64,000 nt of DNA, taken from Alphaproteobacteria bacterium. GTDB taxonomy: Bacteria > Pseudomonadota > Alphaproteobacteria > UBA828 > JAPUJA01. Every line of letters starts with the position of its first letter. Within the stretch, counting starts at the first letter, position 1. Below are positions 30,416 through 41,067 of the stretch, one piece after another. Made by a program: the position numbers and the translations under genes. The stretch covers positions 20,993-84,992 of the forward strand of contig CBDFML010000009.1 of the NCBI GenBank assembly GCA_965249645.1, given 5' to 3'. A model generated the notes under the pieces. That model saw only the letters and a list, made by a program, of their open reading frames with translations. It was not told the origin of the DNA and searched no databases.

Positions 30416-30894
30416 CGCCCGAGATCGCCGTGACCCAGCAGGACGTGCGGGCGATCCAGCTTGCCAAGGGCGCGCTTTATGCCGGGGTGCGGTTGCTGAT
30501 GGATCGCTACGGCGCAAAGAGCGTGGACCGCATCACGCTCGCCGGTGCCTTCGGCAGCCATATCGATGTGACCTACGCCATGGTCCTGGGGCTGGTCCCG
30601 GCCCGCGTCGCCTCGGCGGAAAACGCGGCCGGCACCGGTGCGCGCATCGCGTTGCTCAACGCCGCGGCGCGCGACGAGATTGAGGCGCTGGTGCCCGAAA
30701 TCGAGAAGGTCGAGACGGCGGTCGAGCCCGCGTTCCAGGAGCATTTCGTCGCCGCCATGGCGATGCCCCACGGGCATGATCCGTTTCCCCGCCTCGAGGC
30801 TCATCTGGGACGGGTCTTCGCGCGGCCTGCGGGCGGAACCGGGGGAACCGGAGGACGCAAGCGCCGCCGAAGCAAGGCCGCGGAGCGGGATTGA
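30416..30894 (+). pseudogene. C-terminal fragment of ASKHA/RACo (corrinoid reductive activator) protein
   Basis: IAVTQQDVRAIQLAKGALYAG..LAGAFGSHID..NAAGTGA; N-terminus missing. Confidence 0.78.
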
Positions 30895-30961
30895 CGCGTA
30901 CCCCTGCCTCGTCGAGGATGGCCGCCCGATACCCCGTCAGGGCCGCACGCCACAGTGGAGA

Positions 30962-31819
30962 ATGTCCGTGAGCGCTACCAAGCACATCCTCGTCGACGAC
31001 CCCCGCCCGAAAGTGCGTCGGATCACGCTTAACCGCCCGAAAAAGCACAATCCGCTCTCGAACGCGTTGCGCACAGAACTCTACGCGGCGGTCGAGGCAG
31101 CGGATGCGGACCCGGACATTCATGTCGCTGTGATCCGGGGCGCGGGCAGGAGCTTCTCGGCGGGCTACGACCTCGCATCAGACGTCTTCGCCGACCAGCC
31201 CTGGCATACCGCCGGCGGCCAGGGCAACTGGGCACGCCATGTGGTCGAGGGTCATTTCAAGATGTGGGATCTGGGCATCCCGGTGATCGCCCAGGTTCAT
31301 GGTTATTGCCTGGCGGGCGGCAGCGAGCTCGCCGCGTCGTGCGACCTCGTCTACGCCGCCGAAGACGCCCAGATCGGCTATCCGCCCGTGCGCCTCATGT
31401 GCGCGCCCGACATGCAGTATCACGTCTGGCTGATGGGCATGCGCCGCGCCATGGAGCTGATGCTGACCGGCGACGCCATCTCAGGCAAGGAGGCCGCCGA
31501 GTGGGGCTTCGCCAACCGGGCGCTGCCCAAGACCAAGCTCGAGAAATTCACCCTCGACCAGGCCGAGCGCATCGCCAAGATCCCGCCCGAGCTGCAGCAG
31601 ATCAACAAGCGCAGCGTCCATCGCGCCATGGAAGTCATGGGCGTGCGCAACGCGCTGCGCTCAGGCACCGAGTTGATGGCGCTGGGCCTGAACACCGAGG
31701 CCAGCATCGAGTTCGCGAAGAAGTTCCAGGCTGACCTCAAGAAAGCGCTGACCAAACGGGACAAGGCGTTCGGCGATTACAGGGCCAAGAAGAAGGCCAA
31801 GCCCCGAAAAAAGAGATGA
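30962..31819 (+). CDS. Enoyl-CoA hydratase/isomerase family protein
   Basis: TLNRP, FSAGYDL, HGYCLAGGSELA..CDL. Confidence 0.9.
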   Translation: MSVSATKHILVDDPRPKVRRITLNRPKKHNPLSNALRTELYAAVEAADADPDIHVAVIRGAGRSFSAGYDLASDVFADQPWHTAGGQGNWARHVVEGHFKMWDLGIPVIAQVHGYCLAGGSELAASCDLVYAAEDAQIGYPPVRLMCAPDMQYHVWLMGMRRAMELMLTGDAISGKEAAEWGFANRALPKTKLEKFTLDQAERIAKIPPELQQINKRSVHRAMEVMGVRNALRSGTELMALGLNTEASIEFAKKFQADLKKALTKRDKAFGDYRAKKKAKPRKKR

Positions 31820-31953
31820 CGGATCCCGCCCAATGCACCGGGTTTTCCGCCTGCGCTTGTCAGCGATTACGCCGCGCCATACTGTAAAACCGGCATAGCG
31901 GATTGCGCGCGACGGACCTATAAGGTCCGGCCGGAGACCTGGAGGCGGCGGCC

Positions 31954-33114
31954 ATGCGGCTTGACGATATTGTTGCCGCCGAGGAGTTGGCGGTGTTGGA
32001 CCGTCCCACGGGCGAGGCCCTCGGCCTGCCGGCGAGCGCCTATTCGCAAGCCTTCCACGAACTCGAAAACCGCTATCTCTTCCCCCGGACCTGGGCGGTG
32101 GTCGCCATGGGCGCCGAGCTTCCCAATCCCGGCGACGTTCTGCCGGTCAAGCTCGGCGACTGGCCGGTCCTGCTCGTGCGCGACGCGGAGGGGACGATCC
32201 GGGCCTTCCTCAATATCTGCCGCCACCGTGGCATGCGGATCGTCGATAAGGCCGCGCGGGGGTGCGAGGTTCTGCGCTGCCCCTGGCACAACTGGACCTA
32301 CGGTCTCGACGGCCGGCTGCTCAGGCGGCCGAAGTTCAAGCATCGTGCGAAAGACGAATGCGGGGGCCCGGAGCTCGAAGAACTCGGTCTCAAGCCGGTT
32401 GCGGTGTGACTCTGGCACGACAAGGTTTTCGTGAATATCGCCGGCAATGCACCACCCTTCGAGGAACATCGCAAGCCGCTCGATGCACTGTTCGCCGACT
32501 ATGATCTCGCGGGGCTGCGCTATGGCGGCCATTGGGAACACTTCTACGACGGCAACTGGAAGATCGCCATCGAGGGCGGCATCGAGAGCTATCACGTGCC
32601 CTATGGCCATGCCCAGTACATGCGCGGCGTTACGGACTACGAAGAGCACATCGTCAATCACGGTCATTGCTACGCGTTTATCGATTCGCGCGCGATCTAC
32701 GGGCCTGGCGCCGACCCGCACGTCGTTCTCGACAACGCGCTGCCGGTCATCTCGAAGCGAGAGGTCGACGGCGAGGCCACGAGCTATATCGGCAGCGTGT
32801 TTCCCACCGGGTTCATCATGACCTTTCGCAACCACGTCACCTTCGGCTTCATGACGCCCGACGGCTGGAACCGCACGCGGATCGTGCTCTATTTTTATTA
32901 TCCGGGCGAGTCGGCTACCGATCCGGCCCTGGCGGAGGAGCGCGCGGCCGTGGAGAAGGAATGGGAACTCGTCTTCACCCAGGACGACCCCTTCGTCCGC
33001 AACGTCCACGATAATCTCAAGGTGCGCGACCAGGCGGGGATCAGGCCTCGGTTCTCGCCTTACTGGGAAGGGGCGGTGCACCATTTCCAGAAGATGGTGG
33101 TCGAGACCATCTAG
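31954..33114 (+). CDS. Rieske oxygenase alpha subunit (choline monooxygenase-like) with apparent internal TGA at 32407
   Basis: CRHRG..CPWH Rieske motif; NWK..EGGIESYHVPYGH; QDD; both halves are in the same frame. Confidence 0.82.
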
Positions 33115-33153
33115 CAGGAAGAGGCGCTGACCGGTTAGGTCCGGCGACCGGGC

Positions 33154-34365
33154 TCAGTACCAGATTACGGGTGTCGTGGTGATCAGCTCGGTTCCCGTCG
33201 CGGTGACGATGAAGTTTTGCTCCCAGCCGACAGCGCCGACGCCCTCCCAGCCCATGAAGCATTCTGCGCCGCCAACCATATTTTCCTCCCAGATCTCATC
33301 CTCGTCGCACGCAAGCGTGCTGATAAACGGCGGTTCCCACATCATGCCGTTGGCGTGGCCGTTCATGGGCCACATGGCCGCGGCGTGGTCCTCGCCCCGG
33401 GTCACCGCCTGCTGACGGGCCTCGGCCTGCTTCGCGATATCGAGAACCTTCGCACCGGGTTTGACTGTGTCGAGGATGAGTTGGACGACGGAGTAAGAAT
33501 CCTCCATCAGGTTGCGCTGATCCGCGCTCGGCTTGCCGCCGACGACAAGGGTCCGGCAGGGATCGAACCAATAGCCCTGATGGATCGGCCCGTCGATCGA
33601 GAAGCGCGCCATGTCGCCTTCCCGGGGTGCGTCCTGACTGAAGCCGTAGGTCGGGTCGCGCTGGACGAATTGGGAGGTGTCGCCGAAATTGACCGGAATG
33701 CGGTGCCAGTTGCCGCCGCGTCGGACGATCTCGGCGCTCGCCTCGGCGACGGCTTCGGCCGCGACTTTTCCGGCGAGCAGGCCCGTGCACAGGATATGAA
33801 GCGCGTCGGAGACAATCTGCGCCCCCTCGCGGTAGCAGTCGATCTCCCGCGGGCTCTTGATTCGCCGGCAGGCGCGCACGAGGTCGTCGTCGAAGACGAA
33901 ACGTGAAGCCGGTATGGCGGTCCGGAGCTGGTCGGCGTATTTGACCGGCAGGCAGTCGCTGCCCACGAACGCGATATCGCCGTCCAGTGCACGGCCGTTG
34001 AGTGATTCGGCGACGCCGGCGACCACGTCCATGTGGCTGTGGTTATTCTTGGTGGCGACCAGATCGGGCCGGAAGGCAGAGCTATCGGCATGAAGTTCCG
34101 GCTCCTTGCCTCTCTCCAGGATCACGCAGCCGTAGGAGCGCGCGTTCCATGCCCGGGAATCCGGGTCGGCGCCGGAATATTCCGAGTAATGATTCGAAAG
34201 CCAGGTGATTTCCATGGCGCGTTCGTAGTTGCCGGCAGTCTGGCCCCAGACGACGGCGAGCTCCACGTCACGGCGGGCCATTTCGTCCTGCACCTGTTGC
34301 CAACGGTCTTCATATTCCTCGAGCGGGAAATATCGGCCGGGATAATTGTGCCGTTCCTGGGGCAT
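33154..34365 (-). CDS. M24 / creatinase-fold hydrolase (copy 1)
   Basis: EYEDRW..V..EM N-terminus, RRIKSPRE, GYWFDPCRT, GHANG. Confidence 0.85.
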   Translation of the reverse strand: MPQERHNYPGRYFPLEEYEDRWQQVQDEMARRDVELAVVWGQTAGNYERAMEITWLSNHYSEYSGADPDSRAWNARSYGCVILERGKEPELHADSSAFRPDLVATKNNHSHMDVVAGVAESLNGRALDGDIAFVGSDCLPVKYADQLRTAIPASRFVFDDDLVRACRRIKSPREIDCYREGAQIVSDALHILCTGLLAGKVAAEAVAEASAEIVRRGGNWHRIPVNFGDTSQFVQRDPTYGFSQDAPREGDMARFSIDGPIHQGYWFDPCRTLVVGGKPSADQRNLMEDSYSVVQLILDTVKPGAKVLDIAKQAEARQQAVTRGEDHAAAMWPMNGHANGMMWEPPFISTLACDEDEIWEENMVGGAECFMGWEGVGAVGWEQNFIVTATGTELITTTPVIWY

Positions 34366-34492
34366 GGCGTGCATCCTCCGGTGATCTAGGTTTTCCCGGA
34401 CTCTAGCTGGTTCGCGCGCTAGACTTCCAGAAAAACCCGGCCCGTTTGCAGGCCGACCGGGTGACAATCGGCAACGCTAGGGGAGGTATGCC

Positions 34493-35689
34493 ATGCCAGT
34501 CACGATGTATTTTCCACAGGAGGAATACGAGGCGCGCTGGACGCGCGTCTATGCGGAGATGGAGAAGCGCGGCTACGAGGTGATGGTTGTGTTCGGCAAG
34601 ACCGCTGGCAACTACGAACGCTCCATGGAGATCCTTTACCTCACCAATTTCTACTCCTGCCACTCGGGTCAGGAACCCGATTCAAAGGCCTGGAATGCGC
34701 GCTCTTTCTGCTGTGCCATCCTGGCCGACGGCAAGCCGCCCGAGCTGCATACCGATCTTCTCGATCCGCGCTTCGAGCGGATCGCGACGGACAATCACCA
34801 CTGGCATCTCGACCCCATCAAGGGCGCGGCGGATGCGCTGAATGAACGGAAAGTCGAGGGCAGGGTCGCCTTCGTCGGCAGCGATTGCCTGCCGGTCAAG
34901 TACGCCAAGCAGTTCGAGGCGCTGACCCCGCAGATCGACTACATCTATCAGGACGACCTGATGCAGGCGGTCCGCATGATAAAGAGCCCGCGCGAACAGA
35001 ATCTCTTTCGCGAGGGCGGCGAGATGGTCTCGGCGGCCATGAACGAGACCATGGAAGCCTTGATCATGGGCAAGACCGAGCGCGAGGCGGCGGCGCTAGG
35101 GGCGGCCTCGATGATCCGTCAGGGCGGTTTTTTCCAGCGCATCGCCATAGCGCACGGCGAGTATACGGCGCATCTGGAAGGCGATCCCATGTACGGCTTC
35201 AGCGAGGACGCGCCCGAGCCCGGCGACCTCATCCATATGGCAATCTACGGCCCGATCCATCAGGGCTACTGGTTCGACCCCGTCCGCTCGGCGGTGTGCG
35301 GCAACAAACCCAGTCCGGAGCAGAAAAAGCTCATCGAGGACATGGTCTATTTGATGGAGGACATCCAGGGCAACGTCCGCGACGGCGCCAACCTGCACGC
35401 GGTGTGCAAATCGGTCATGAAGAAGCAGGAGGATCTGGGCTACGTCTATTCCGACCTGTTCGAGCAATGGCCCTATTACGGCCACGGCAACGGCTCGCTC
35501 TGGGAGCCGCCGCTGCTCGGCCTTACGGTCTCCGAGCCCGACGAGACCTATGCTGCGGGCATGGTGGCGAGCGCCGAGGTGTTCTGTCAGACCGACGGGG
35601 TTGGTACGGTCTTGGCGGAAAACAACTTCATCATCACGAAAGACGGGCTGGACCAACTCTACCCCACTGTTCCCATGATCTGGTGGTAG
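34493..35689 (+). CDS. M24 / creatinase-fold hydrolase (copy 2, divergently transcribed)
   Basis: RMIKSPRE, GYWFDPVRS, GHGNG; paralog of copy 1. Confidence 0.85.
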   Translation: MPVTMYFPQEEYEARWTRVYAEMEKRGYEVMVVFGKTAGNYERSMEILYLTNFYSCHSGQEPDSKAWNARSFCCAILADGKPPELHTDLLDPRFERIATDNHHWHLDPIKGAADALNERKVEGRVAFVGSDCLPVKYAKQFEALTPQIDYIYQDDLMQAVRMIKSPREQNLFREGGEMVSAAMNETMEALIMGKTEREAAALGAASMIRQGGFFQRIAIAHGEYTAHLEGDPMYGFSEDAPEPGDLIHMAIYGPIHQGYWFDPVRSAVCGNKPSPEQKKLIEDMVYLMEDIQGNVRDGANLHAVCKSVMKKQEDLGYVYSDLFEQWPYYGHGNGSLWEPPLLGLTVSEPDETYAAGMVASAEVFCQTDGVGTVLAENNFIITKDGLDQLYPTVPMIWW

Positions 35690-35698
35690 GGGTTGGAT

Positions 35699-36838
35699 TC
35701 AGCCCGATGACGCCGCGAAATCGGCGCGCAGAGAGCCCTCCGTAAGGCCGTAGCGCCCGGCGACGGTGGCGAAGAACGGCTCCCAGTGGCTTTCCAGCAC
35801 CTCGACCTCGGTGGCGCCCTTTCTGATCCGCTCGAAGCCGGGCTCGCCCGGCAGGCGCACGGAATGGCCGGGTCGGGGTTTCGACCCATGGATTGCGCGA
35901 ACGAAGGCATCCGATCGCGCCTTGACCTTCTCGATCGGTCCGAATACCGACGGGTCAATGCAAATGTAATAGCTGCCGCCCATCATCGCGGTCTTGGTCT
36001 GCTCGGTAAACGCCGTAAGACCGGGCAGGTCGGGGCAGGCAACGCCCAAAGGGTTGACGATAGCGGTCATCCCCTCGTTCCAGAGATTGAGCGCGTAGGT
36101 GCGGGGGTGCTCGATCTGCCCGCCCCAGTCGTAATCCCAGACCCGTCCGCGGCCGGGCAGGGGTTTCGCGTGTTTGGTCGCATCGTCGGTCAACTCGCCG
36201 GTCTCCGGATCGATCAGCCACATCCCCTTCAAGGGCTTGTTATGGAGCACGGCTTCCGCGACGTCGGCGTCATAAAATTCAACGAATTTCACGCTGGCCC
36301 AGAGTGGCGCCTCCTCGCCCGAGGGGATGATGGCGTCGAACGGGGCGACGGAGAGCAGGTTTTCCATGCCGCCGAATGGGGCGGCCAGCGGCGGCGTGTT
36401 GTTCGACGTGATCGCCACCATGTCCTGCTCCCACGCCATGTAGGCATAAGCCCCAAAGCTGCCCGCGTCGTTGTGGTTGCTGCCGAAGCATAGGGAAATG
36501 CCGTGATCCCGCGCCTTGGCGATGGCGGTTTCCGCCATCATGTGAAGCGCGTAATAGCCCGACGAGCGCTTGCCGTCGAAAACCGCCCAGCAAGGTCCCT
36601 CCGAGACCATCTCGGGCACCGCCCGCACGTCGAGATTGCCCGAGGTGAGCGCGATGTCGAGCACCTCGTAGACCCCGAGTCCCTGGTTGAGCTTTTCGTT
36701 GCCCTGGCGATGGGCGAAGCCGATGGCATGCGCAATGATGTCGCCATGTTCCTCGGCGCCGCCCGCCGCTGTCCACACACGCCTCAGGCAGTATTCGATG
36801 AACTCGACGTTTTCGGTCCGTATCTTAATTTTGGGCAT
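35699..36838 (-). CDS. Ldh_2 (AllD/ComC/DpkA-type) NAD(P)-dependent oxidoreductase (copy 1)
   Basis: AIAKARDHGI, TSNNTPPLAAPFGG, IDP..F, VRLPGE. Confidence 0.8.
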   Translation of the reverse strand: MPKIKIRTENVEFIEYCLRRVWTAAGGAEEHGDIIAHAIGFAHRQGNEKLNQGLGVYEVLDIALTSGNLDVRAVPEMVSEGPCWAVFDGKRSSGYYALHMMAETAIAKARDHGISLCFGSNHNDAGSFGAYAYMAWEQDMVAITSNNTPPLAAPFGGMENLLSVAPFDAIIPSGEEAPLWASVKFVEFYDADVAEAVLHNKPLKGMWLIDPETGELTDDATKHAKPLPGRGRVWDYDWGGQIEHPRTYALNLWNEGMTAIVNPLGVACPDLPGLTAFTEQTKTAMMGGSYYICIDPSVFGPIEKVKARSDAFVRAIHGSKPRPGHSVRLPGEPGFERIRKGATEVEVLESHWEPFFATVAGRYGLTEGSLRADFAASSG

Positions 36839-36964
36839 TATCGCTCTCCGTTGCGCACCGCGTTCGCCCCGGTTCATTCCCGATAACGGGACCACCGCTT
36901 GGCGATGGTGCTGGCGCAGATTGTCATGATCATGAGCATGAAGCCGACGATGTTGATCCGAGCA

Positions 36965-38122
36965 TTAGCTCTTCAATCCTCCGTCTGTCGTGAAGTCGGC
37001 GTGCAGGGAATCCTCCGTAAACCCGTAGCGCCCCGCGATGGTGGTGAAGAACGGCTCCCAGTGGTTCTCCAGCACCTCCACATCGGTGACGCCCGTTCTG
37101 ATCCGCTCGAAGCCGGGCTCGCCCGGTAGGCGGACGGAGTGGCCGGGGCGGGGCTTGGCTCCGTGGATCGTGCGCACCAGGGCGTCCGAGCGCTGCTTGA
37201 CCGCCTCGATCGGGCCGAACATTGCCGGGTCGATACACAGGAAATAGCTGCCGCCGACGCTCGTGGTCTCGGTCTGCTCGGTAAATTCGGTGAAATCGGG
37301 CAACTCGGGCAACTCGGGGCAGGGGATGCCGAGCGGGTTGATGACCGTAGTCATGCCTTCGTTCCACAGGTTGAGCGCGTAGGTCCGGGGATGCTCGATC
37401 TGCCCGCCCCAGTCGTAATCCCAGACCCGCCCGTAGCCCTCGCGGCGCTTGGCGTATCTGGTCGCGTCGTCGGTCAGCTCGCCGGTCTCCGGGTCGATCA
37501 GCCACATCCCCTTCATGGGCTTGTTCTGGAGCACCGCTTCCGCGATGTCGCCGTCGTAGAATTCGGCGAACTTGACGCTGGCCCAGAGCGGCGCCTCGGC
37601 GCCTGACGGGATGATCGCGTCGAACGGCGGGCTGGACAGCACGTTTTCCATACCCCCAAAGGGCGCGGCGAGCGGTACCGTGTTGTTCGAGGTCATCGCC
37701 ACCATGTCCTGCTCCCACGCCATGTGGGCGTAGGCCGCGAAGCTGCCGGCGTCGTTGTGGTTGCCGCCGAAGCAAATCGAGATGCCGTGCGCTTTCGCCT
37801 TGGCGATGGCGGTTTCCGCCATCATGTGCAGCGCGTAATAGCCCGACGATTTCTTGGCATCGAACACCGCCCAACTCGGTCCCTCCGAGACCATTTCGGG
37901 CACGGCGGTGACGTCGAGGTTGCCGGAGGTGAGCGCGATGTCGAGCACCTCGTAGACGCCGAGCCCCTGGTTGAGCTTCTCGTGGCCCTGGCGATGCGCG
38001 AATCCGATGGCGTGGGCGATGATGGCGCCGTGCTCTTCGCTGCCGCCCGCCGCCGTCTACACGCGCCTCAGGCAATATGCGATGAACTCGACGTTTTCCG
38101 TGCGCATCTTGACCTCGGCCAT
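36965..38122 (-). pseudogene. Ldh_2 oxidoreductase (copy 2) with in-frame TAG at codon 22
   Basis: MAEVKMRTENVEFIAYCLRRV*TAAGG versus RVWTAAGG in copy 1 (TGG>TAG at 38057-38059). Confidence 0.8.
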
Positions 38123-38243
38123 GGCGTCCTTCCCCTGGGGCGATCTCCGATATATGGCGCTCCCGTTCTAGCATCGCCCCCGTGCGTCCGCCATCGGCTT
38201 GCGCTAGTCTCACGGCGGGCCCAATCCGAAGGAACAAGCGTTC

Positions 38244-38588
38244 ATGGATACGCGCGAGGATCTCGATCCCGATGACATCCGCCGCCGGCTGGAAGCGGAG
38301 CGGGGTGCTTTGCGCGAAATCGACGCTTCGTCCGCTGAGGCGCGCCGGCCCGTGGAGCTCGACCAGGCCGCGGTGGGACGGCTCTCACGGATGGACGCCA
38401 TGCAGGTGCAGGCCATGGCCAAGGCGGTGGGCGCGCGGCGCCAGGGCCGGGCGCAGCGGATCGAGGCGACGCTCCGCCGGCTGGACGAAGGTGATTACGG
38501 CTTTTGCACCGTCTGTGGCGACGAGATTCCACTCAAGCGGCTCAAGCTCGACCTGACCGTCGAGCGCTGTGTCGGCTGCGCGGCCTAA
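38244..38588 (+). CDS. TraR/DksA C4 zinc-finger protein
   Basis: GRLSRMDAMQ, YGFCTVCGDEI..RL..CVGC. Confidence 0.9.
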   Translation: MDTREDLDPDDIRRRLEAERGALREIDASSAEARRPVELDQAAVGRLSRMDAMQVQAMAKAVGARRQGRAQRIEATLRRLDEGDYGFCTVCGDEIPLKRLKLDLTVERCVGCAA

Positions 38589-38616
38589 TCCGGCAACGGC
38601 GGCGAGAGGACGAGGC

Positions 38617-41067
38617 ATGAGCGCGAACCTTCCCGGCCACGCCCAGGTGGTCATCGTCGGTGGCGGTATCGCGGGCAGCAGCCTCGCCTATCACCTGACC
38701 AAGCTCGGGGTCACCGACGTGGTCATGCTCGAACGCCACACACTGACCTCGGGCACAACCTGGCACGCCGCCGGGTTGATCATGCAGTTGCGCGGCAGCC
38801 ACGCCATGACCGAGCTGACCCGCTACAATGTCGAACTCTACTCTTCGCTCGAGGCCGAGACCGGCCAGGCTACCGGCTTCAAGCAGAACGGCACGCTGGG
38901 TGTTGCGCGCACCACTGATCGGATGTACGAGACCCGCCATCTCGCCACCGTCGCGAAGAGCTTCGGCATCGAGGCCCACATGATTGGCCCCGCCGAGGCC
39001 GCAGAGATATACCCGGGCATCGACGACAGCCTCGTCGAGGGCGCGATCTACATCCCGAAGGACGGCCAGACCAACCCCGTCGATACCACCATGTCGCTGA
39101 TCGCCGGCGCGAAACAATGCGGCGCACAGGTAATCGAGCACTCGCCGGTCGAAACGCTCGCACGCCTGCCCTCGGGCGACTACCGGGTCACCACGTCCGG
39201 TGGCGAGATCGTCTGCGAAACCCTGGTGCTGGCCTGCGGCTTGTGGACCCGTGACCTTGCCGCCCAGCTTGGCATCCGGGTGCCGCTGTTCCCATGTGAG
39301 CATATGTACGTCGTTACCGAACCGCTCGACTGGGTCCAGCCCAATCTGCCGGTGCTGCGCGATACCGATGGCTATGTCTACGTCAAGGAAGACGCAGGAA
39401 AACTGCTGGTCGGCTCGTTCGAACCCCAGGGCAAGCCGCTGCCCATGGACCGACTACCCGCCGACCCCGCCTTCGTCGAGCTGCCCGAGGACTGGGATCA
39501 CTTCGCCCTGCCGTTCGGCAAGGCAATGGAGATGCTGCCTGCGCTGGGCGAGGCGGGGATTGCGACGTTCATGAACGGGCCCGAGAGTTTTACTCCCGAC
39601 CTGCTCTTCATGCTGGGCGAGGCGCCGGGCCTGCCCAATTGCTACATCTCGGCGGGCTACAACTCGGAAGGAATCGAGTTCGGCGCCGGCGCGGGCAGGG
39701 CGCTCGCTGAGTGGATCGTCGAGGGCGAGGCGTGCATGGACCTCTCCTTCGTCGATGTCGCGCGCTTCCACCCGTTCCAGAACAACCACCGTTACCTGAG
39801 CGACCGGGCGGCGGAATCCCTCGGGCTGCATTACAAGATGCACTGGCCCTACAAACAGCGAGAAGCTGCCCGCCCGGTGCGCAGGAGCGTGCTCCACGAC
39901 CGTTGGGCTGCGCGCAACGCCTGGTTTGGCGAGGCGATGGGCTGGGAGCGCCCGCTCTGGTTCGCGCCCGAGGGCGTCGATCCCTCGCCGGTCTATTCCC
40001 ATACCCGGCCCGGTTGGTTCGAACACACGGCGGTTGAATGCCGCGCCGCGCGGGAGGGTGTAACGCTGTTCGATCAAAGCTCGTTCGGCAAGCACCTGGT
40101 GGCGGGGCGCGATGCCTGCGCGGTATTGCAACGGCTCTGTGCGGGCAACGTCGATGTGGCCGTGGGCAAGCTCGTCTATACCCATATGCTGAACAAGCGC
40201 GGCGGCATCGAGGCGGATCTCACCGTCAACCGGCTGGCCGAAGACCGCTTCCTCGTCATTTCCTCGGCGACCACCCATCCCCGCGACAAGGCCTGGATCG
40301 AGCGCGGCTTCGGCATGGACGAACACGTTGCGTTGAGCGACCTGACCGGCGCCTACGTCGTCCTCTCGGTCCAGGGGCCGCGCTCGCGCGAGCTGTTGGG
40401 GCGTCTGACCGACGCCGACCTCTCGAACGACGCGTTTTCCTTTGCCACCTCGCAATTTCTCGACATGGGCTATGCCCGGGTCATCGCCAACCGGTTGACC
40501 TATGTCGGCGAGCTGGGCTGGGAGCTGTTCGTGCCCACCGAGTTTGCCCAGGACCTGTGCGGCCGTTTGCTGACCGAGGGCGAGGCGGTGGGCCTTGCGC
40601 CGTCCGGCTACCACGCGCTGGAGCATCTGCGGCTCGAACGCGGCTACCGCGAGTACGAGCTTGATCTCACGCCGGAGGACACACCGCTCGAGGCGGGGCT
40701 CGGCTTCACGGTGGCGTTTGACAAGCCGGGTGGCTTTATCGGTCGCGACGCCCTGCTTGCCCAGAAGGAGGCCGGGCCGTTGACCAAGCGGCTGGTCGCA
40801 TTCCGCCTCGCCGACCCCGAGCCGCTACTCGTCCATGACGAAGTGATCTGGCTGGGAGGCAAGCCCGTGGGTTACGTCAGCTCGGGCGCTTTCGGATTCA
40901 CGTTGGGTGCCTCGGTCGCGCTGGGCTATGTGCGCCACGAGGGCGGGGTGAATGCCGAACTGTGCGCCGCGGGCGGCTTCGAGATCGAGGTAGCGGGCGA
41001 GCGTTATGCGGCGGAGGCCTCGCTCCGCCCGTTCTATGATCCCGAGGGATGCCGGCCCAAGGCCTAG
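38617..41067 (+). CDS. GcvT-family FAD oxidoreductase (dimethylglycine/sarcosine dehydrogenase-like)
   Basis: GGGIAG, TSGTTWHAAG, NGPESFTPD, GWERP, YVGELGWEL. Confidence 0.92.
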   Translation: MSANLPGHAQVVIVGGGIAGSSLAYHLTKLGVTDVVMLERHTLTSGTTWHAAGLIMQLRGSHAMTELTRYNVELYSSLEAETGQATGFKQNGTLGVARTTDRMYETRHLATVAKSFGIEAHMIGPAEAAEIYPGIDDSLVEGAIYIPKDGQTNPVDTTMSLIAGAKQCGAQVIEHSPVETLARLPSGDYRVTTSGGEIVCETLVLACGLWTRDLAAQLGIRVPLFPCEHMYVVTEPLDWVQPNLPVLRDTDGYVYVKEDAGKLLVGSFEPQGKPLPMDRLPADPAFVELPEDWDHFALPFGKAMEMLPALGEAGIATFMNGPESFTPDLLFMLGEAPGLPNCYISAGYNSEGIEFGAGAGRALAEWIVEGEACMDLSFVDVARFHPFQNNHRYLSDRAAESLGLHYKMHWPYKQREAARPVRRSVLHDRWAARNAWFGEAMGWERPLWFAPEGVDPSPVYSHTRPGWFEHTAVECRAAREGVTLFDQSSFGKHLVAGRDACAVLQRLCAGNVDVAVGKLVYTHMLNKRGGIEADLTVNRLAEDRFLVISSATTHPRDKAWIERGFGMDEHVALSDLTGAYVVLSVQGPRSRELLGRLTDADLSNDAFSFATSQFLDMGYARVIANRLTYVGELGWELFVPTEFAQDLCGRLLTEGEAVGLAPSGYHALEHLRLERGYREYELDLTPEDTPLEAGLGFTVAFDKPGGFIGRDALLAQKEAGPLTKRLVAFRLADPEPLLVHDEVIWLGGKPVGYVSSGAFGFTLGASVALGYVRHEGGVNAELCAAGGFEIEVAGERYAAEASLRPFYDPEGCRPKA

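Noticed and set aside
32398-32415. In-frame TGA in the Rieske gene as selenocysteine
   Set aside because: It is not at a conserved Cys ligand. The sequence is better explained by compensating indels (PVRCDSWH becoming PVAV*LWH), and no convincing hairpin follows.
38057-38059. In-frame TAG as pyrrolysine or recoding
   Set aside because: The paralog has TGG (Trp), TAG is used as a normal stop throughout the window, and no pyl genes are visible.
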